Source: Chloroflexota bacterium
GTDB taxonomy: Bacteria > Chloroflexota > Dehalococcoidia > SM23-28-2 > RBG-16-64-32
Direction: 5' to 3'
Assembly: GCA_022574655.1 (NCBI GenBank)
Contig: JACZRQ010000002.1
Coordinates: 5,696 to 69,695, forward strand
Length of the DNA stretch: 64,000 bases
The notes below the pieces were generated by a model. It had not been told where the DNA came from. It made no database searches and saw only the letters and a list, made by a program, of their open reading frames with translations. Positions 1-10,561 of this stretch are shown here, in pieces. How positions within the stretch are numbered: position 1 is the first letter of the stretch; each line of letters opens with the position of its first letter. The position numbers and the translations under genes are program-made.

Positions 1-168
1 CTGCGACAGGACGCGCGACTTGGCGTGATAGTGGATGCGCTCGATCTTGACGTCTTCAAAGTAAGGCCAGTTCGCGACGCCGTGTCCCCAGGGAATGGAG
101 AGATCGTAGAATTCGAGCCCGGTGTTGTTCGCAGGCCAAGTGTAGTTGTCGGGTTTCATGGCTCCCAT
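1..168 (-). CDS. Cyclase family protein (kynurenine formamidase-like), N-terminal part; runs off the window start
   Basis: Not in the ORF track. Manual translation: MGAMKPDNYTWPANNTGLEFYDLSIPWGHGVANWPYFEDVKIERIHYHAKSRVLSQ. The DLS.P..HG...WP pattern is typical of cyclase-family N-termini. Alternative ATG at 159. Confidence 0.65.
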   Translation of the reverse strand, partial: MGAMKPDNYTWPANNTGLEFYDLSIPWGHGVANWPYFEDVKIERIHYHAKSRVLSQ

Positions 169-289
169 CCTTCGGATCGATGTCAGGGGGGCGGCTTGTT
201 CACGCGCTATTGTGCAGCGCACGCCGAAATTTCGCAATAGCCGTCACGATGAGTCAGAGGCCGGCGGATATAATGAACACGCTGATCGA

Positions 290-1345
290 ATGAGCAATGA
301 ACTACTAGTTACGTTAGCTCTACCACTGGCCGATGAGCTTCAGGAGCGCATTCGGGCGGTGGCCCCGCGACTTTCAGTCACACCGTTAAGCCGCGCCCAG
401 CAAAGCGCGTTTCGCGGAGGCCAAGCTCTGTGGGAAGGTTACGGCGCGACGCCAAGCGATGAGGACGAGAGCCCAGAAGAGGCCATGGCCGCGCTTGAGC
501 AGATCCTTGAAGATACCGAGGTTCTGCTCTGCAACCCGGTGATGCCGGACGACCTGCTCGAACGTGCGACCCGCCTGCAGTGGGTCCAGTTGTCCAGCGC
601 CGGCATCGACCGGCTAAGCGGAAGCCCCGTCTTGCGATCGAACCTGACCATCACCACCTCCAGCGGCGTGCACGCCGCGCCCGTAAGCGAGTACGTCATT
701 GGCATGATGATCGCTCTCGCGAAGCGCCTCCCGGAGGCGATGCAGGCGAGGGCAGAGATGAACTGGCGCCCCTACGCTCCGAACGAACTGGAGGGCCGGA
801 CCGTTGGGATCGTAGGCGCCGGTCACATCGGCTCGAGGATTGCGCACGTCGCGAAGGCGCTGGGGATGCGCGTGATCGGTATGCGGGTGCCGGTCGGCTG
901 GCGGGGGTCGGGCCGCCCGAACTTCGATGAACTGATACCATCCAGGGAGCTTCACCGCCTGCTGGGAGAGAGCGATTACGTGGTTCTCAGCGTCCCGCTG
1001 ACGGAGGAGACACGCGGGCTAATCGGGGGACCCGAGCTTGGCGCGATGAAACCCACGGCCGTCATCGTGAACTCGTCTCGCGGGCCGGTCATCGACGAAG
1101 AGGCGTTGATCGACGCGCTGAAAGAGGAGCGCATCGCTGGGGCGGCGCTGGACGTCTTCTCGGAGGAACCGCTTCCTCCCGAGAGCGAGTTCTGGCGCTT
1201 GGACAACGTGATCATCACGCCACACATAGGCGGCGGTTCGCCGCGGGTCTTGGAGCGCGTGATCGATCTCTTCTGCGACAACCTGAGCCACTACCTGGTG
1301 GGCGAGCCGATGTTCAACGTCTACGTTTCGGAGCGCGGATTCTAG
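290..1345 (+). CDS. D-2-hydroxyacid dehydrogenase (NAD(P)-dependent)
   Basis: GIVGAGHIG Rossmann motif, NSSRG, ALDVF and TPHIGG motifs. Start moved from 146 to ATG 290. Confidence 0.92.
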   Translation: MSNELLVTLALPLADELQERIRAVAPRLSVTPLSRAQQSAFRGGQALWEGYGATPSDEDESPEEAMAALEQILEDTEVLLCNPVMPDDLLERATRLQWVQLSSAGIDRLSGSPVLRSNLTITTSSGVHAAPVSEYVIGMMIALAKRLPEAMQARAEMNWRPYAPNELEGRTVGIVGAGHIGSRIAHVAKALGMRVIGMRVPVGWRGSGRPNFDELIPSRELHRLLGESDYVVLSVPLTEETRGLIGGPELGAMKPTAVIVNSSRGPVIDEEALIDALKEERIAGAALDVFSEEPLPPESEFWRLDNVIITPHIGGGSPRVLERVIDLFCDNLSHYLVGEPMFNVYVSERGF

Positions 1346-1402
1346 CTCCTTGGTGTCTAGCGTCACCTGGCTCTGAAGCACGCACCGAGAAGATGTCAGG
1401 AT

Positions 1403-2569
1403 CTACTTCGGCTTGTCGTCTGAGCGCTGAGCCATCGCCTTGTCTATCGCCGCCTTCGCGCCGCTCATCAGCTTGTCCTTGTTGTCCTCGTTGTACTGGA
1501 GCGATCGATCGATCCACGCGACGGTGTCTTGCACCTGTGGCATGACGTAACGGGCCATCAGTTCGTAGCTACGGAGCGTTTTCTCGCGGCTTGCCCATTC
1601 GTGCGCGAATCCCAGCAGACAGCCGAAACCGCCCGACATCTCCTGAATTTTGGCGATGCCTGCGACCGCCTCGTCCGGTGTGCCAATCAACGCGCCGTAT
1701 GCTCGTAGTCGTTCCGCCACCTCTCGGCCCGATGTCGACGACGGGTTCGCGGGAGAGCCGAGCACATCCGAGAGATATTGGTTCCACGCTAGCACGCCAT
1801 CCTCGATGTCACGTATCGCTTCTTCCGTGGAATCCGCGAGATGGAAAGGCATAACGATGCGCCACGTGGCGCGATCGGGTGCGGGTTTGCCGGCCTCTTT
1901 GGCCGCTTCGTTCCAGATCGTCCATTGGTCCTTCATCGCTCGCATTCCGTGTTCCGCGTACGACGCCATCGACAGGACCCCGGCGCCGTGTTTGCCTGCG
2001 GAGGTCACGCCCGATGGCGTCAGGGTTGAAGCGATCGCGATCGGCATGGTCGGTCGTTGGTACGGCTTCAGCTGCAGCTGCGCATCGTTAAGCTCGAACC
2101 AATCGCTCTTGTAGGTGATCGGTTCTTCCTCGGTCATCAGGCGGATGATGATGCCCAGCCCTTCGTTCATTCGCTCGCGTTGGAGGACAGCCGGTATGCC
2201 GAGCATGTAGGCATCGGTCGCGAGAGCGCCCGGGCCAACGCCGAGCATCACGCGGCCATGGGTCAGGTGGTCGAGTAGAACGAGACGGTCGGCGACGTGA
2301 AACGGGTGGTGGTACGGAATGCTAACAACGCCCGTACCGAGGCGAATATGCTTGGTGCGCTCAGCCGCGGTGGCGATGAAGATCTCGGGGCTGGCGATCA
2401 TCTCCCAACCCAAGGAATGATGCTCGCCGATCCACGCCTCGTCGTACCCGAGTACGTCAAGCCACTCGATCAGCTCGAGATCGCGCTGGAGTGAAAGGGT
2501 CGGATTGTCGCCGGCGATGTGAAAGGGCGCCATGAATATACCGAAGTTGAGTCGTTTTGGTGGGGCCAT
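1403..2569 (-). CDS. LLM-class flavin-dependent oxidoreductase (luciferase-like monooxygenase)
   Basis: FGIFMAPFH, GYDEAWIGEHH and IRLGTGVVSIPYHHP motifs. Confidence 0.92.
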   Translation of the reverse strand: MAPPKRLNFGIFMAPFHIAGDNPTLSLQRDLELIEWLDVLGYDEAWIGEHHSLGWEMIASPEIFIATAAERTKHIRLGTGVVSIPYHHPFHVADRLVLLDHLTHGRVMLGVGPGALATDAYMLGIPAVLQRERMNEGLGIIIRLMTEEEPITYKSDWFELNDAQLQLKPYQRPTMPIAIASTLTPSGVTSAGKHGAGVLSMASYAEHGMRAMKDQWTIWNEAAKEAGKPAPDRATWRIVMPFHLADSTEEAIRDIEDGVLAWNQYLSDVLGSPANPSSTSGREVAERLRAYGALIGTPDEAVAGIAKIQEMSGGFGCLLGFAHEWASREKTLRSYELMARYVMPQVQDTVAWIDRSLQYNEDNKDKLMSGAKAAIDKAMAQRSDDKPK

Positions 2570-2662
2570 CGCCGCAGCTCCTAATCTCCGTTCAAAGAAG
2601 GATGCTTGCCGATCACAAATGTTACGCCAGATCGGGTAGGCACTGTCAAGTGAATCGCCAGT

Positions 2663-2944
2663 ATGGCGGTTGGACTGGTGTTGGCGCTCGGTGGAACTAG
2701 TGGTCGAGGCGGCGTCGAAGACGTCGCGGACGAAGAGCTGCCAGATCTGGCGCCGTTCGTTCAGACGTTCTCATGTCGGGCACAGACAATCGACGGTCCT
2801 GTCCATCACATCGCGACTATAGGAACGAATATAGGGACGACTGAGTTTAAACTGGCTACTGACGCTCTCGACGCAGTTAACAACTTTACGCTCCTCACTG
2901 GTAAGAGTTTCTACGTTGGACGGTTCGAAGTGCGGCCGACGTAG
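2663..2944 (+). CDS. Hypothetical protein (doubtful)
   Basis: 93-aa ORF filling the gap between two minus-strand genes. No recognisable motif and no clear RBS. Confidence 0.3.
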   Translation: MAVGLVLALGGTSGRGGVEDVADEELPDLAPFVQTFSCRAQTIDGPVHHIATIGTNIGTTEFKLATDALDAVNNFTLLTGKSFYVGRFEVRPT

Positions 2945-3022
2945 CGGAAGACGGTTCGAGGAACGACTGAAGCTGGCCTTAATGGCCGGACCTTTTCATG
3001 GTCTGTCCAGGGAACGAAGGGC

Positions 3023-3217
3023 CTAGCTCTTGCTCTCCTCCGTGTCGGCGGAATCCTTGTCGTCTGCACTCTCGTCTTTGATTTCGCGCCGGAACTCCCG
3101 TATGCCACGCCCAACGCCCTTGCCGATGTCGCCGATTCTTGTCGCTCCGAAAAGAACTACGACGATGGCGAGAACGATGAGGAGTTCAGGAGCGCCGAGA
3201 CTTTGAAATATCAGCAT
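3023..3217 (-). CDS. tatA: Twin-arginine translocase TatA/TatE subunit
   Basis: LGAPELLIVLAIVVVLFG, then an amphipathic helix (GKGVGRGIREFRREI) and an acidic tail. GAGGTG RBS. Confidence 0.93.
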   Translation of the reverse strand: MLIFQSLGAPELLIVLAIVVVLFGATRIGDIGKGVGRGIREFRREIKDESADDKDSADTEESKS

Positions 3218-3446
3218 CGAATCACCTCATTCTAAAGCATAGCAGACGCAAAATCGCCCAGCGCCTTGACTAGGTCGCTAGCGACAACGCCCAACGAGCC
3301 GACGCGGACTCCGGCTACTGGTGGCGACCTTGCCCCCGAGCGAAGATGCCACTTGATTGTTGCCCACCAGCCTCACTAGTTCCCAGGCGACCATTGTTGA
3401 AACATCCCACCAACCCTTCGCTCGGCCGCGAGGGCAGCTTGTCGCA

Positions 3447-4505
3447 TTATAGCGAGATGGGCAAGCCGTCGCGATAAGATCGAAAGCTCGCCCAGGCCAG
3501 CGCTACAGCAGCCCTTCCGTCTTCCCCTGTCACTACCGGGTCCGTGTTCTCCAGAATGCAGTCTGCAAACGACCGGAGTTCGGCAACGTATGAGTCAAGG
3601 TATCGCTTCGCGAAATATGGCTCCGGCGGGTCAAGTCGGTCTGGCTCTCCAGGCAGCCCGCTCGGTCCAGCAGCGCTCACTTCTGTGCCGGTCGCGATCG
3701 ACACACGGTCGCACTGCTCGTTTACGATTGACGCCATACCCTTCGTCCCGAACGCCTCAAGTCGCTGGTCGGAGCCATGCTGCGATACGCGACTGTCGTC
3801 AATGATGGCCGTCGCACCATCCTCGAAGCGCAGCGTCGTGACCGCAGTGTCCGGGTCGTCTAGCGGCTCCTCGGCCATCACCCCTCCTTGCGTGAAGACG
3901 CTCATCGGCTCTTTGCCAATCACGAAACGTGCTAGGTCGAGGTCGTGGATCATCGTGTCGAGGAAGAGGTCACCATCGTCTCGTCCAGGCTGCCTCACAT
4001 CTACCGGGTCGCGCCCGATGATATGCAGAGTCAGCAGCCGGCCGAGGTCTCCATTCGACACGAGCTCTTTCACTCTACGGACGTTGACATCAAACCGCCT
4101 ATTGAATCCCACTTGAAGCTTGATCCCGGCACGTCTGACCTCTGCAAGGGCTTGATCGACCTCATCGACCTGCCACCCTAGCGGCTTCTCGCAGAACACG
4201 TGCTTACCGGCCCCAGCAGCGAGCTCGATCAGACCGCAGTGCGTTTTTGGTGGCGCCGCAATAATGACCGCGGCAACCTCCGGGTTAGCGAGCAAGTCCT
4301 CCACTGTTGAATACGCTCGGGGTCCAAACTGAGCGGCGCACGACGCAGCGAGGCCATCGTCCACATCTGTGACGGCGATCAGATTAGCCTGCCGAACCAG
4401 CGTCGTGAGGATGTTCGCATGCATCGCGCCAATGCTGCCGGCCCCGATCAGACCGATCCCGACCTGCCGCTCGCTAGTCCCGGTTGTCACTGTGCTTTCT
4501 CCCAA
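3447..4505 (-). CDS. Gfo/Idh/MocA oxidoreductase, inositol 2-dehydrogenase (IolG)-like, paralog 1
   Basis: GLIGAGSIG, FCEKP, VGFNRRFD and DTMIHDLD motifs. Confidence 0.88.
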   Translation of the reverse strand: MGESTVTTGTSERQVGIGLIGAGSIGAMHANILTTLVRQANLIAVTDVDDGLAASCAAQFGPRAYSTVEDLLANPEVAAVIIAAPPKTHCGLIELAAGAGKHVFCEKPLGWQVDEVDQALAEVRRAGIKLQVGFNRRFDVNVRRVKELVSNGDLGRLLTLHIIGRDPVDVRQPGRDDGDLFLDTMIHDLDLARFVIGKEPMSVFTQGGVMAEEPLDDPDTAVTTLRFEDGATAIIDDSRVSQHGSDQRLEAFGTKGMASIVNEQCDRVSIATGTEVSAAGPSGLPGEPDRLDPPEPYFAKRYLDSYVAELRSFADCILENTDPVVTGEDGRAAVALAWASFRSYRDGLPISL

Positions 4506-4523
4506 GGATTACAGAGGTGTTGA

Positions 4524-5567
4524 TTAGAGCGAGATGGGTGTGCCTTCGCGATATGACCGAAAGGCGGCTACGGCCAGCGCCACCGCCGCCCTTCCGTCTT
4601 CGCCAGTCGCTACGGGTTCGGCGTCGTCAAGCACGACGCGGGTGAACGACCGGAGTTCGGCCACATAGGAGTCGAGGTACCGTCTGGCGAAGAACGGCTC
4701 AGGCGGGTCGAGTCGCGCGGACTCCCCAGCCCCGCCACGCGGGCCAGCCGACTGTACTTCCGCGCCCGTCGAGAACCACACGCGATCTCGCTGTTCGTTC
4801 CCGAAGGACGCTACGCCCTTCATACCGAACGCTTCGACGCGTTGGTCGTAGCCGTGTCCCGACACGCGGCTGTCGTCGATTATGGCCGTTGAGCCGTTTT
4901 CGAAGCGTATCGTCGTGATCACCGTGTCGGGATCGTCTAGCGGCTCATCCGCCATCACACCGCCTTGCGTGTACACGCTCGTCGCTTCACTGCCGGTCAC
5001 GAAGCGGGCGATGTCGATGTCGTGGATCATCGTGTCGAGGAAGATGTCACCGTCCTCTCGTCCTGCGGGCCTATGATCGATCGGGTCGCGTCCCATGATA
5101 TGCAAGGAAAGGAGGCGGCCGACGTCACCGGACGACACCATCCGCTTGACCTTGCTGACGTTGGCGTCGAATCGCTTGTTGAACCCGACCTGAAGCTTGA
5201 CGCCAGCCCGTTCCACCTCTGCCAGAGCATCGTCGATCTCCTCGACCTCCCAGCCCAGTGGCTTTTCGCAGAACACATCCTTTCCCGCCCCGGCGGCGAG
5301 CTTGATCAGATCGCAGTGGGTTTTCGGTGGCGTCGCGATGATGACCGCAGCCACTTCTGGGTTGGCGAGCAGGTCCTCAACCTTTGCGTACGATTGTGAC
5401 CCGAACTGGGCGGCGCACGCGGCCGCGCGACTTCCGTCCACATCCGTGACCCCGATCAGATCAGCCTGCCGAACCAGCGTCGTCAGGATGTTTGCGTGGA
5501 GCGCTCCAATTCCGCCCGCGCCGATCAGACCGATCCCGACCCGGGGCTCGTTGGTCTCGGTTGCCAT
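4524..5567 (-). CDS. Gfo/Idh/MocA oxidoreductase, IolG-like, paralog 2
   Basis: Same motifs (CEKP, VGFNKRFD, DTMIHDID). Aligns end to end with 3447-4505. Confidence 0.88.
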   Translation of the reverse strand: MATETNEPRVGIGLIGAGGIGALHANILTTLVRQADLIGVTDVDGSRAAACAAQFGSQSYAKVEDLLANPEVAAVIIATPPKTHCDLIKLAAGAGKDVFCEKPLGWEVEEIDDALAEVERAGVKLQVGFNKRFDANVSKVKRMVSSGDVGRLLSLHIMGRDPIDHRPAGREDGDIFLDTMIHDIDIARFVTGSEATSVYTQGGVMADEPLDDPDTVITTIRFENGSTAIIDDSRVSGHGYDQRVEAFGMKGVASFGNEQRDRVWFSTGAEVQSAGPRGGAGESARLDPPEPFFARRYLDSYVAELRSFTRVVLDDAEPVATGEDGRAAVALAVAAFRSYREGTPISL

Positions 5568-5739
5568 ATGTGCCTCTTTCTACGCTTGCGAAGGCTGCGA
5601 TTATCTTGAGTAACGAGAGGTCAATTATACTCAATTGACGCCACAGACCAAGTCTCGCGAGCCAAGAGTCCTTCAGGCAGCCGGCATCGGGAAAGTATGG
5701 CAGGCTTGGTGTCACGCCTATGTTAGAATGACCGCCGAC

Positions 5740-6792
5740 ATGAGCGGCATGACTGCGGTGTTCCTGACCGACAAAGCAAAGATCGAGCTACGTGAGGCGC
5801 CGAAGCCAGTTCCCGGGCAAGGCGAAGTGCTGGTGCGCGTACGCGCTTGCGGCATCTGCGGCTCAGATCTGCATTTCTATCACGGCCGTCTGCCATCGAG
5901 GGCGGACATTTCGCCGGGGCACGAGTTTGCCGGCGATATAGCGGAACTCGGCGAAGGCGTTGACGGATTCCAAGAGGGCGACCGCGTGGCCGTTGAGCCG
6001 TACAAGTTCTGCCGGGAGTGCTCGTACTGCCGCGCTGGCCACTACCTGGAATGTTCCGAACGAGTGGCTATCGGCGCCCTTGTGAGCCTAAGCGGGAGCG
6101 GAGTAGATATCTGCTCGGGAGCGTTGACGGAGTACATAGTAGTGCCGTCTTACACTCTGTACCGGTTGCCGGATGAACTGGACTTCGTGCTGGGGGCGCT
6201 GATGGAGCCGCTGGCGGCAGCGGTCCACGGTGTGCACCTGGCTGAGGTCTCTGAAGGAGAGACGGTCTGCGTCCTCGGCAGCGGTACCATCGGTCTGATG
6301 TCGATCCTTGCTGCGCGAGCGGCGGGCGCCACCAATGTCATCGCAAGCTACCGTCATGCCCATCAGGCGGCAGCCGCCTTAGCGGTAGGCGCTTCGCGGG
6401 TCGTGAAGTCGGAGGAGATCGATGATCTTGGCCCAGAACAGATCGACGTAGTTATCGAGACCGTGGGCGGCGCGGCGCAGACTCCAACGCAGGCGCTCGG
6501 TTTGATCGGACCTCGCGGCCGCGTGCTGCTGTTGGGGCTTTTCACTCAGCCCGTCCAGCTAAACGTGCAGCGGGTAATGACGGAACAGGCCCGGATCATC
6601 GGTGGAAATGCGTACTGCCGCCGCCCGGGACAGCCCACAGACTACGATGCCGCACTGACAATCGTCCGCGCGGAGGCCGACCGCGCAGGCGCCATTATCA
6701 CGCACCGCTTCCCGTTAGATCAGACCGCAGAAGCGTTCGCGACAGCTGCGGATAAGTCGACCGGCTCGATCAAGGTTCAGGTCTGCCCCTAA
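5740..6792 (+). CDS. Zinc-binding alcohol dehydrogenase (MDR, sorbitol/threonine dehydrogenase-like)
   Basis: CGICGSDLH, GHE, structural Zn CxxCxxCx7C and GSGTIG. Start uncertain (5728/5740/5749). Confidence 0.9.
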   Translation: MSGMTAVFLTDKAKIELREAPKPVPGQGEVLVRVRACGICGSDLHFYHGRLPSRADISPGHEFAGDIAELGEGVDGFQEGDRVAVEPYKFCRECSYCRAGHYLECSERVAIGALVSLSGSGVDICSGALTEYIVVPSYTLYRLPDELDFVLGALMEPLAAAVHGVHLAEVSEGETVCVLGSGTIGLMSILAARAAGATNVIASYRHAHQAAAALAVGASRVVKSEEIDDLGPEQIDVVIETVGGAAQTPTQALGLIGPRGRVLLLGLFTQPVQLNVQRVMTEQARIIGGNAYCRRPGQPTDYDAALTIVRAEADRAGAIITHRFPLDQTAEAFATAADKSTGSIKVQVCP

Positions 6793-6817
6793 CCGGCTGA
6801 GCTTTGTGGGAGTGAGT

Positions 6818-7591
6818 ATGCTACCGGGAATCAAGCAGTTCGACCTAACCGGCAGGATCGCCATCGTAACTGGCGGATCGAAAGGGCTCGGCGAGGCGAT
6901 GGCGGCGGCGCTCGCTTCGGCGGGAGCGGATCTAGTCATCACTAGCAGACATGGCGACGAGGCGAAGGCCGCGGCGGGACAGATCACGGCAGACCACGGG
7001 CGGCGCGCGATCGCCGTCGAAGCCGACGTAACAAAGCCCGCGGATACCGATCGCGTCGTCGACGCCGCTCTGTCCGAGTTCTGCAAGATCGACATCCTGA
7101 TTAACAACGCCGGCATCAACATCCGCGGATCGATCGACGAGCTGACGTACGAGCAGTTCAAGGAGGTCCAAGACATCAACGTCAACGGCATGTGGCTGTG
7201 CTCGCGAGCCGTGATCCCGCACATGAGGAAGGCGAAGTACGGCCGGATCATCAACATGTCCAGCTCGCTGGGACTGGTCGGGCTGGCCAATCGCACACCA
7301 TACGCGACCAGCAAGGGCGCCGTCGTCCAGATGACTCGGGCGCTCGCGCTCGAGCTCGCGTCATCGGGCGTGACCGTCAACGCGATCTGCCCCGGTCCGT
7401 TCCTTACGGCTATGAACGTGCCGATCGTCGACACAGAGGAAGGCAGGAAGTTCATCGTTGGTGCCACAGCCCTCGAGCGCTGGGGGCGTCTCGAGGAGAT
7501 CCAGGGCGCCGCGATCTTCCTGGCAAGTGACGCGGCGAGCTATATGGTGGGGAGCATAATCGCCGTCGACGGCGGCTGGACCGCTCGATAA
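6818..7591 (+). CDS. SDR oxidoreductase (gluconate 5-dehydrogenase-like)
   Basis: TGGSKGLG, NNAG and YATSK motifs. Confidence 0.92.
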   Translation: MLPGIKQFDLTGRIAIVTGGSKGLGEAMAAALASAGADLVITSRHGDEAKAAAGQITADHGRRAIAVEADVTKPADTDRVVDAALSEFCKIDILINNAGINIRGSIDELTYEQFKEVQDINVNGMWLCSRAVIPHMRKAKYGRIINMSSSLGLVGLANRTPYATSKGAVVQMTRALALELASSGVTVNAICPGPFLTAMNVPIVDTEEGRKFIVGATALERWGRLEEIQGAAIFLASDAASYMVGSIIAVDGGWTAR

Positions 7592-7672
7592 GCGTTTCGT
7601 TCCAAGGCGGGACGCGCGACCGGTGATATACAGCCACGGGGGGCGGTAGTCAGGTTTCGGAAGGAGATTGGA

Positions 7673-8434
7673 ATGCGAGCAAACCGTCTGAAGCAACTCT
7701 GGGAAGATGGCCAACCGGCTCTCGGCGGATGGCTGACGGTGCCGTCTAGCTTCTCGGCGGAGGTGTTCGCGCACGCCGGATTCGACTGGGTCTGCGTCGA
7801 CACGCAACACGGCGTAATCGACTACCAGACGTCTGTAACGATGCTACAGGCGCTTTCGACGACGGACGTGGTACCGATTGTGCGCGTACCCTGGAACGAG
7901 CCAGGAATCATCATGAAAACGCTGGATGCGGGCGCTTACGGCGTGATCATTCCGATGGTGAACTCCAGAGCGGAGGCCGAGGCGGCGGTTGGGGCTTGCC
8001 GTTACGCACCAGACGGGTTTCGCAGTTCGGGTCCCGTAAGAGCTCGGTTTTACGGCGGCGAGGACTACTTGGCGAAGGCAAACGAGACGGTGCTGTGCAT
8101 GACGATGATCGAGACGCGCGAGGCGATCGGAAACCTGGACGAGATCTTGAGCGTGCCGGGTATCGACGCGGCATACATCGGTCCGTCGGACTTGGGCATC
8201 TCTTTGGGGATCGCGCCCGGTTATGACCAAGACGACAGATCGTTCGTGGATGCAATCCAGGCAGTGTTAGATGCGTGCGACCGGCACGGAGTGGTGCCGG
8301 GGATTCACGGCGGTACAGTCGCTACGGCGCGCAAGCGCGTCGAGCAAGGCTTCAAGTTCGTTGAGATGTGTTCGGACACAGACGCGCTGGTCCGGACCGC
8401 GAACACCGATCTCAAGGCGGTTCGCGGCACCTAA
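7673..8434 (+). CDS. HpcH/HpaI aldolase family protein
   Basis: GFDWVCVDTQHG, MIETREAI and YIGPSDL motifs. Confidence 0.92.
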   Translation: MRANRLKQLWEDGQPALGGWLTVPSSFSAEVFAHAGFDWVCVDTQHGVIDYQTSVTMLQALSTTDVVPIVRVPWNEPGIIMKTLDAGAYGVIIPMVNSRAEAEAAVGACRYAPDGFRSSGPVRARFYGGEDYLAKANETVLCMTMIETREAIGNLDEILSVPGIDAAYIGPSDLGISLGIAPGYDQDDRSFVDAIQAVLDACDRHGVVPGIHGGTVATARKRVEQGFKFVEMCSDTDALVRTANTDLKAVRGT

Positions 8435-8495
8435 GGCCCGATCAGAGGGCGCCTGATTCTTACGTGACTAGTTCGACGCTCTTCCGCAGGGTTGG

Positions 8496-9302
8496 TCAGG
8501 TCAGGTTGCCGAATTCCTTGAGTAGTTGGGTATGAATGGGCGGGGCAGCTGCAAGTACCGACGAGTGCTGCATGTCCGTCACGGGTTGTCCTTCGAAAGT
8601 TGAGACGGTGGCGCCCGCTTCTTCCGCCAGCAGCCAGCCGGCGGCGAAGTCCCAGATCGCGGTGCCAAGGTGATAGTAGGCATCGAGCCGCCCCGCCGCT
8701 ACGTATGCGAGGCCAAGCGCGCAGGACCCCAACGAGAGAGACCTCTGAATTCTGGGAGCCAGGGTACGAGCCGTTAAGAACGTAAGTAGCACGTCATCTT
8801 CGATGTAGCCGAGGTCGTAGGCGATCAGCGCAGACTCGAGCGATGAACTGTTGCCGACTTGTATCGGCTGCCCGTCGACCGTGACACCGCTTCCGCGACG
8901 GCCGCTGAAGCACTCACGTCGGACCGGATCATAGACAACACCAAGTAGTGGCTGGTCATCCAGGAAGAGTGCGATCGAAACTGCGAAGAACGGTATACGG
9001 CGGTGAAAATTCATGGTGCCGTCCAGCGGGTCGACGATCCACTGGTAGGAGGAGGTCCCACTTCCGATCTGCGATCCGAATTCCTCGCCGACGATTCCGT
9101 GCGTAGGAAATTCCTTCTCGAGGGACTTGCGGATATGCTCCTCAGCCGCTAGATCCGCCGCGGTGACTACGTTTCCCCTCCCCTTGCTCGTCGTCACCTC
9201 GGTTGAGGTCTCTAGGATCAGTTCACCCGCCTGCTCGGCAAGCGCGACCGCCAGGTGGAGAGCATCAGTCCCGCTTCGACCGACCGGAAGTTCGCGCACC
9301 AT
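8496..9302 (-). CDS. Inositol monophosphatase family protein
   Basis: GEE, WIVDPLDGT and WDFAAG metal-binding motifs. Confidence 0.92.
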   Translation of the reverse strand: MVRELPVGRSGTDALHLAVALAEQAGELILETSTEVTTSKGRGNVVTAADLAAEEHIRKSLEKEFPTHGIVGEEFGSQIGSGTSSYQWIVDPLDGTMNFHRRIPFFAVSIALFLDDQPLLGVVYDPVRRECFSGRRGSGVTVDGQPIQVGNSSSLESALIAYDLGYIEDDVLLTFLTARTLAPRIQRSLSLGSCALGLAYVAAGRLDAYYHLGTAIWDFAAGWLLAEEAGATVSTFEGQPVTDMQHSSVLAAAPPIHTQLLKEFGNLT

Positions 9303-9471
9303 TTGGAGCCTCCCCTACTACGACTTCACGCGACGTGGCATGGGCCGGACCGGTGATGGCGCCCATCGGTGACATTTTAAGGCATCGCAAAATTGCCGCG
9401 ACCAGGCTTCAGCGCTCGGCAATCATCGTGCGGGCTTTAAATGCGAGTCTGAAGGCGCGATAATCACATCC

Positions 9472-10485
9472 GTGGCTACGCGAGACAACCATCAGATTCT
9501 GCTTGCCGAGCGTCCTTCGGGAAAGCTCGCGGAGAAGCATTTCCGCGGGGTCGATTCGACTATCGACTCACCGACGCCAGGTCAAGTCCTTTGCCGTCCG
9601 ATACTCCTTTCGATCGACCCCGCCAACCGCCTCTGGTTGCGTGGAAGCGACTATCTCGAGGTCCGTGAGGGTGAAGTGATGCCGGGCTGGACACTGGACG
9701 AAGTGATCGAGGAGAACCAGACATCGATCGAGGTGGGGACGATCGTCACCTGCGAATCGGGCTGGCAGGAGTACGCAATTCACCCGATCGACGACGTTCG
9801 TGCTATCGAGCCCAGCGGCGACCTAACGAAACACATGAGCGTACTTGGCATGACCGGCCGCACCGCCTACTTCGGTCTGTTGAACATCGGACGGCCTCAG
9901 TCCGGCGAGACAGTCGTCGTATCGGCCGCCGCTGGCGCGACCGGAAACGTTGTCGGGCAGATCGCCAAGCTCCACGGCTGCCGCGTCATCGGTATCACCG
10001 GCTCCGACCGCAAGAATCGGATGCTCACGGATGATCTGAACTTCGACGCCGCCGTCAGCTATAAGGACCCGTCGTTCGCCAGCGACCTTCGCGCTGCCTG
10101 TCCCGACGGCATCGACGTCTACTTCGACAACGTCGGCGGCGAGGTCCTCAGCACTGTCTTGCCGATCATGAACCTACGCGGACGAATCGTCTGTTGCGGC
10201 GCCGTCTCGCAGTACGACTCGAAGCGTCTGCCGATCGGAGCGCCGATAAATACGAGCCTCCTCGTCGGGCGGCGTTTGCGAATGCATGGATTCGTGGTCA
10301 TGGACTACGACAACGAAGCCCCACAGGCTGAAGCCCAACTTGCCGAATGGATCGCGAATGGCGAGCTGAAAATCCTGCAGGACGTTATCGAAGGCCTCGA
10401 TTCGGCACCGCGTGCTCTTGTCGGCCTGCTTGCAGGGGACAACGTCGGTAAGCGTATGGTCCGAGTCAGGCCCGATCCTCCTTAG
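9472..10485 (+). CDS. NADP-dependent oxidoreductase (prostaglandin reductase/CurA-like MDR)
   Basis: LSIDP, GMTGRTAYFGL, VSAAAGATG and YFDNVGG motifs. Confidence 0.9.
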   Translation: MATRDNHQILLAERPSGKLAEKHFRGVDSTIDSPTPGQVLCRPILLSIDPANRLWLRGSDYLEVREGEVMPGWTLDEVIEENQTSIEVGTIVTCESGWQEYAIHPIDDVRAIEPSGDLTKHMSVLGMTGRTAYFGLLNIGRPQSGETVVVSAAAGATGNVVGQIAKLHGCRVIGITGSDRKNRMLTDDLNFDAAVSYKDPSFASDLRAACPDGIDVYFDNVGGEVLSTVLPIMNLRGRIVCCGAVSQYDSKRLPIGAPINTSLLVGRRLRMHGFVVMDYDNEAPQAEAQLAEWIANGELKILQDVIEGLDSAPRALVGLLAGDNVGKRMVRVRPDPP

Positions 10486-10561
10486 AAGCGCGCGGAGTGT
10501 TCGCCTAGCCCGCATGCAGAGACTCGCCAGTTTTGGTATATTGGGGCGCAAGGAGCGTCGA

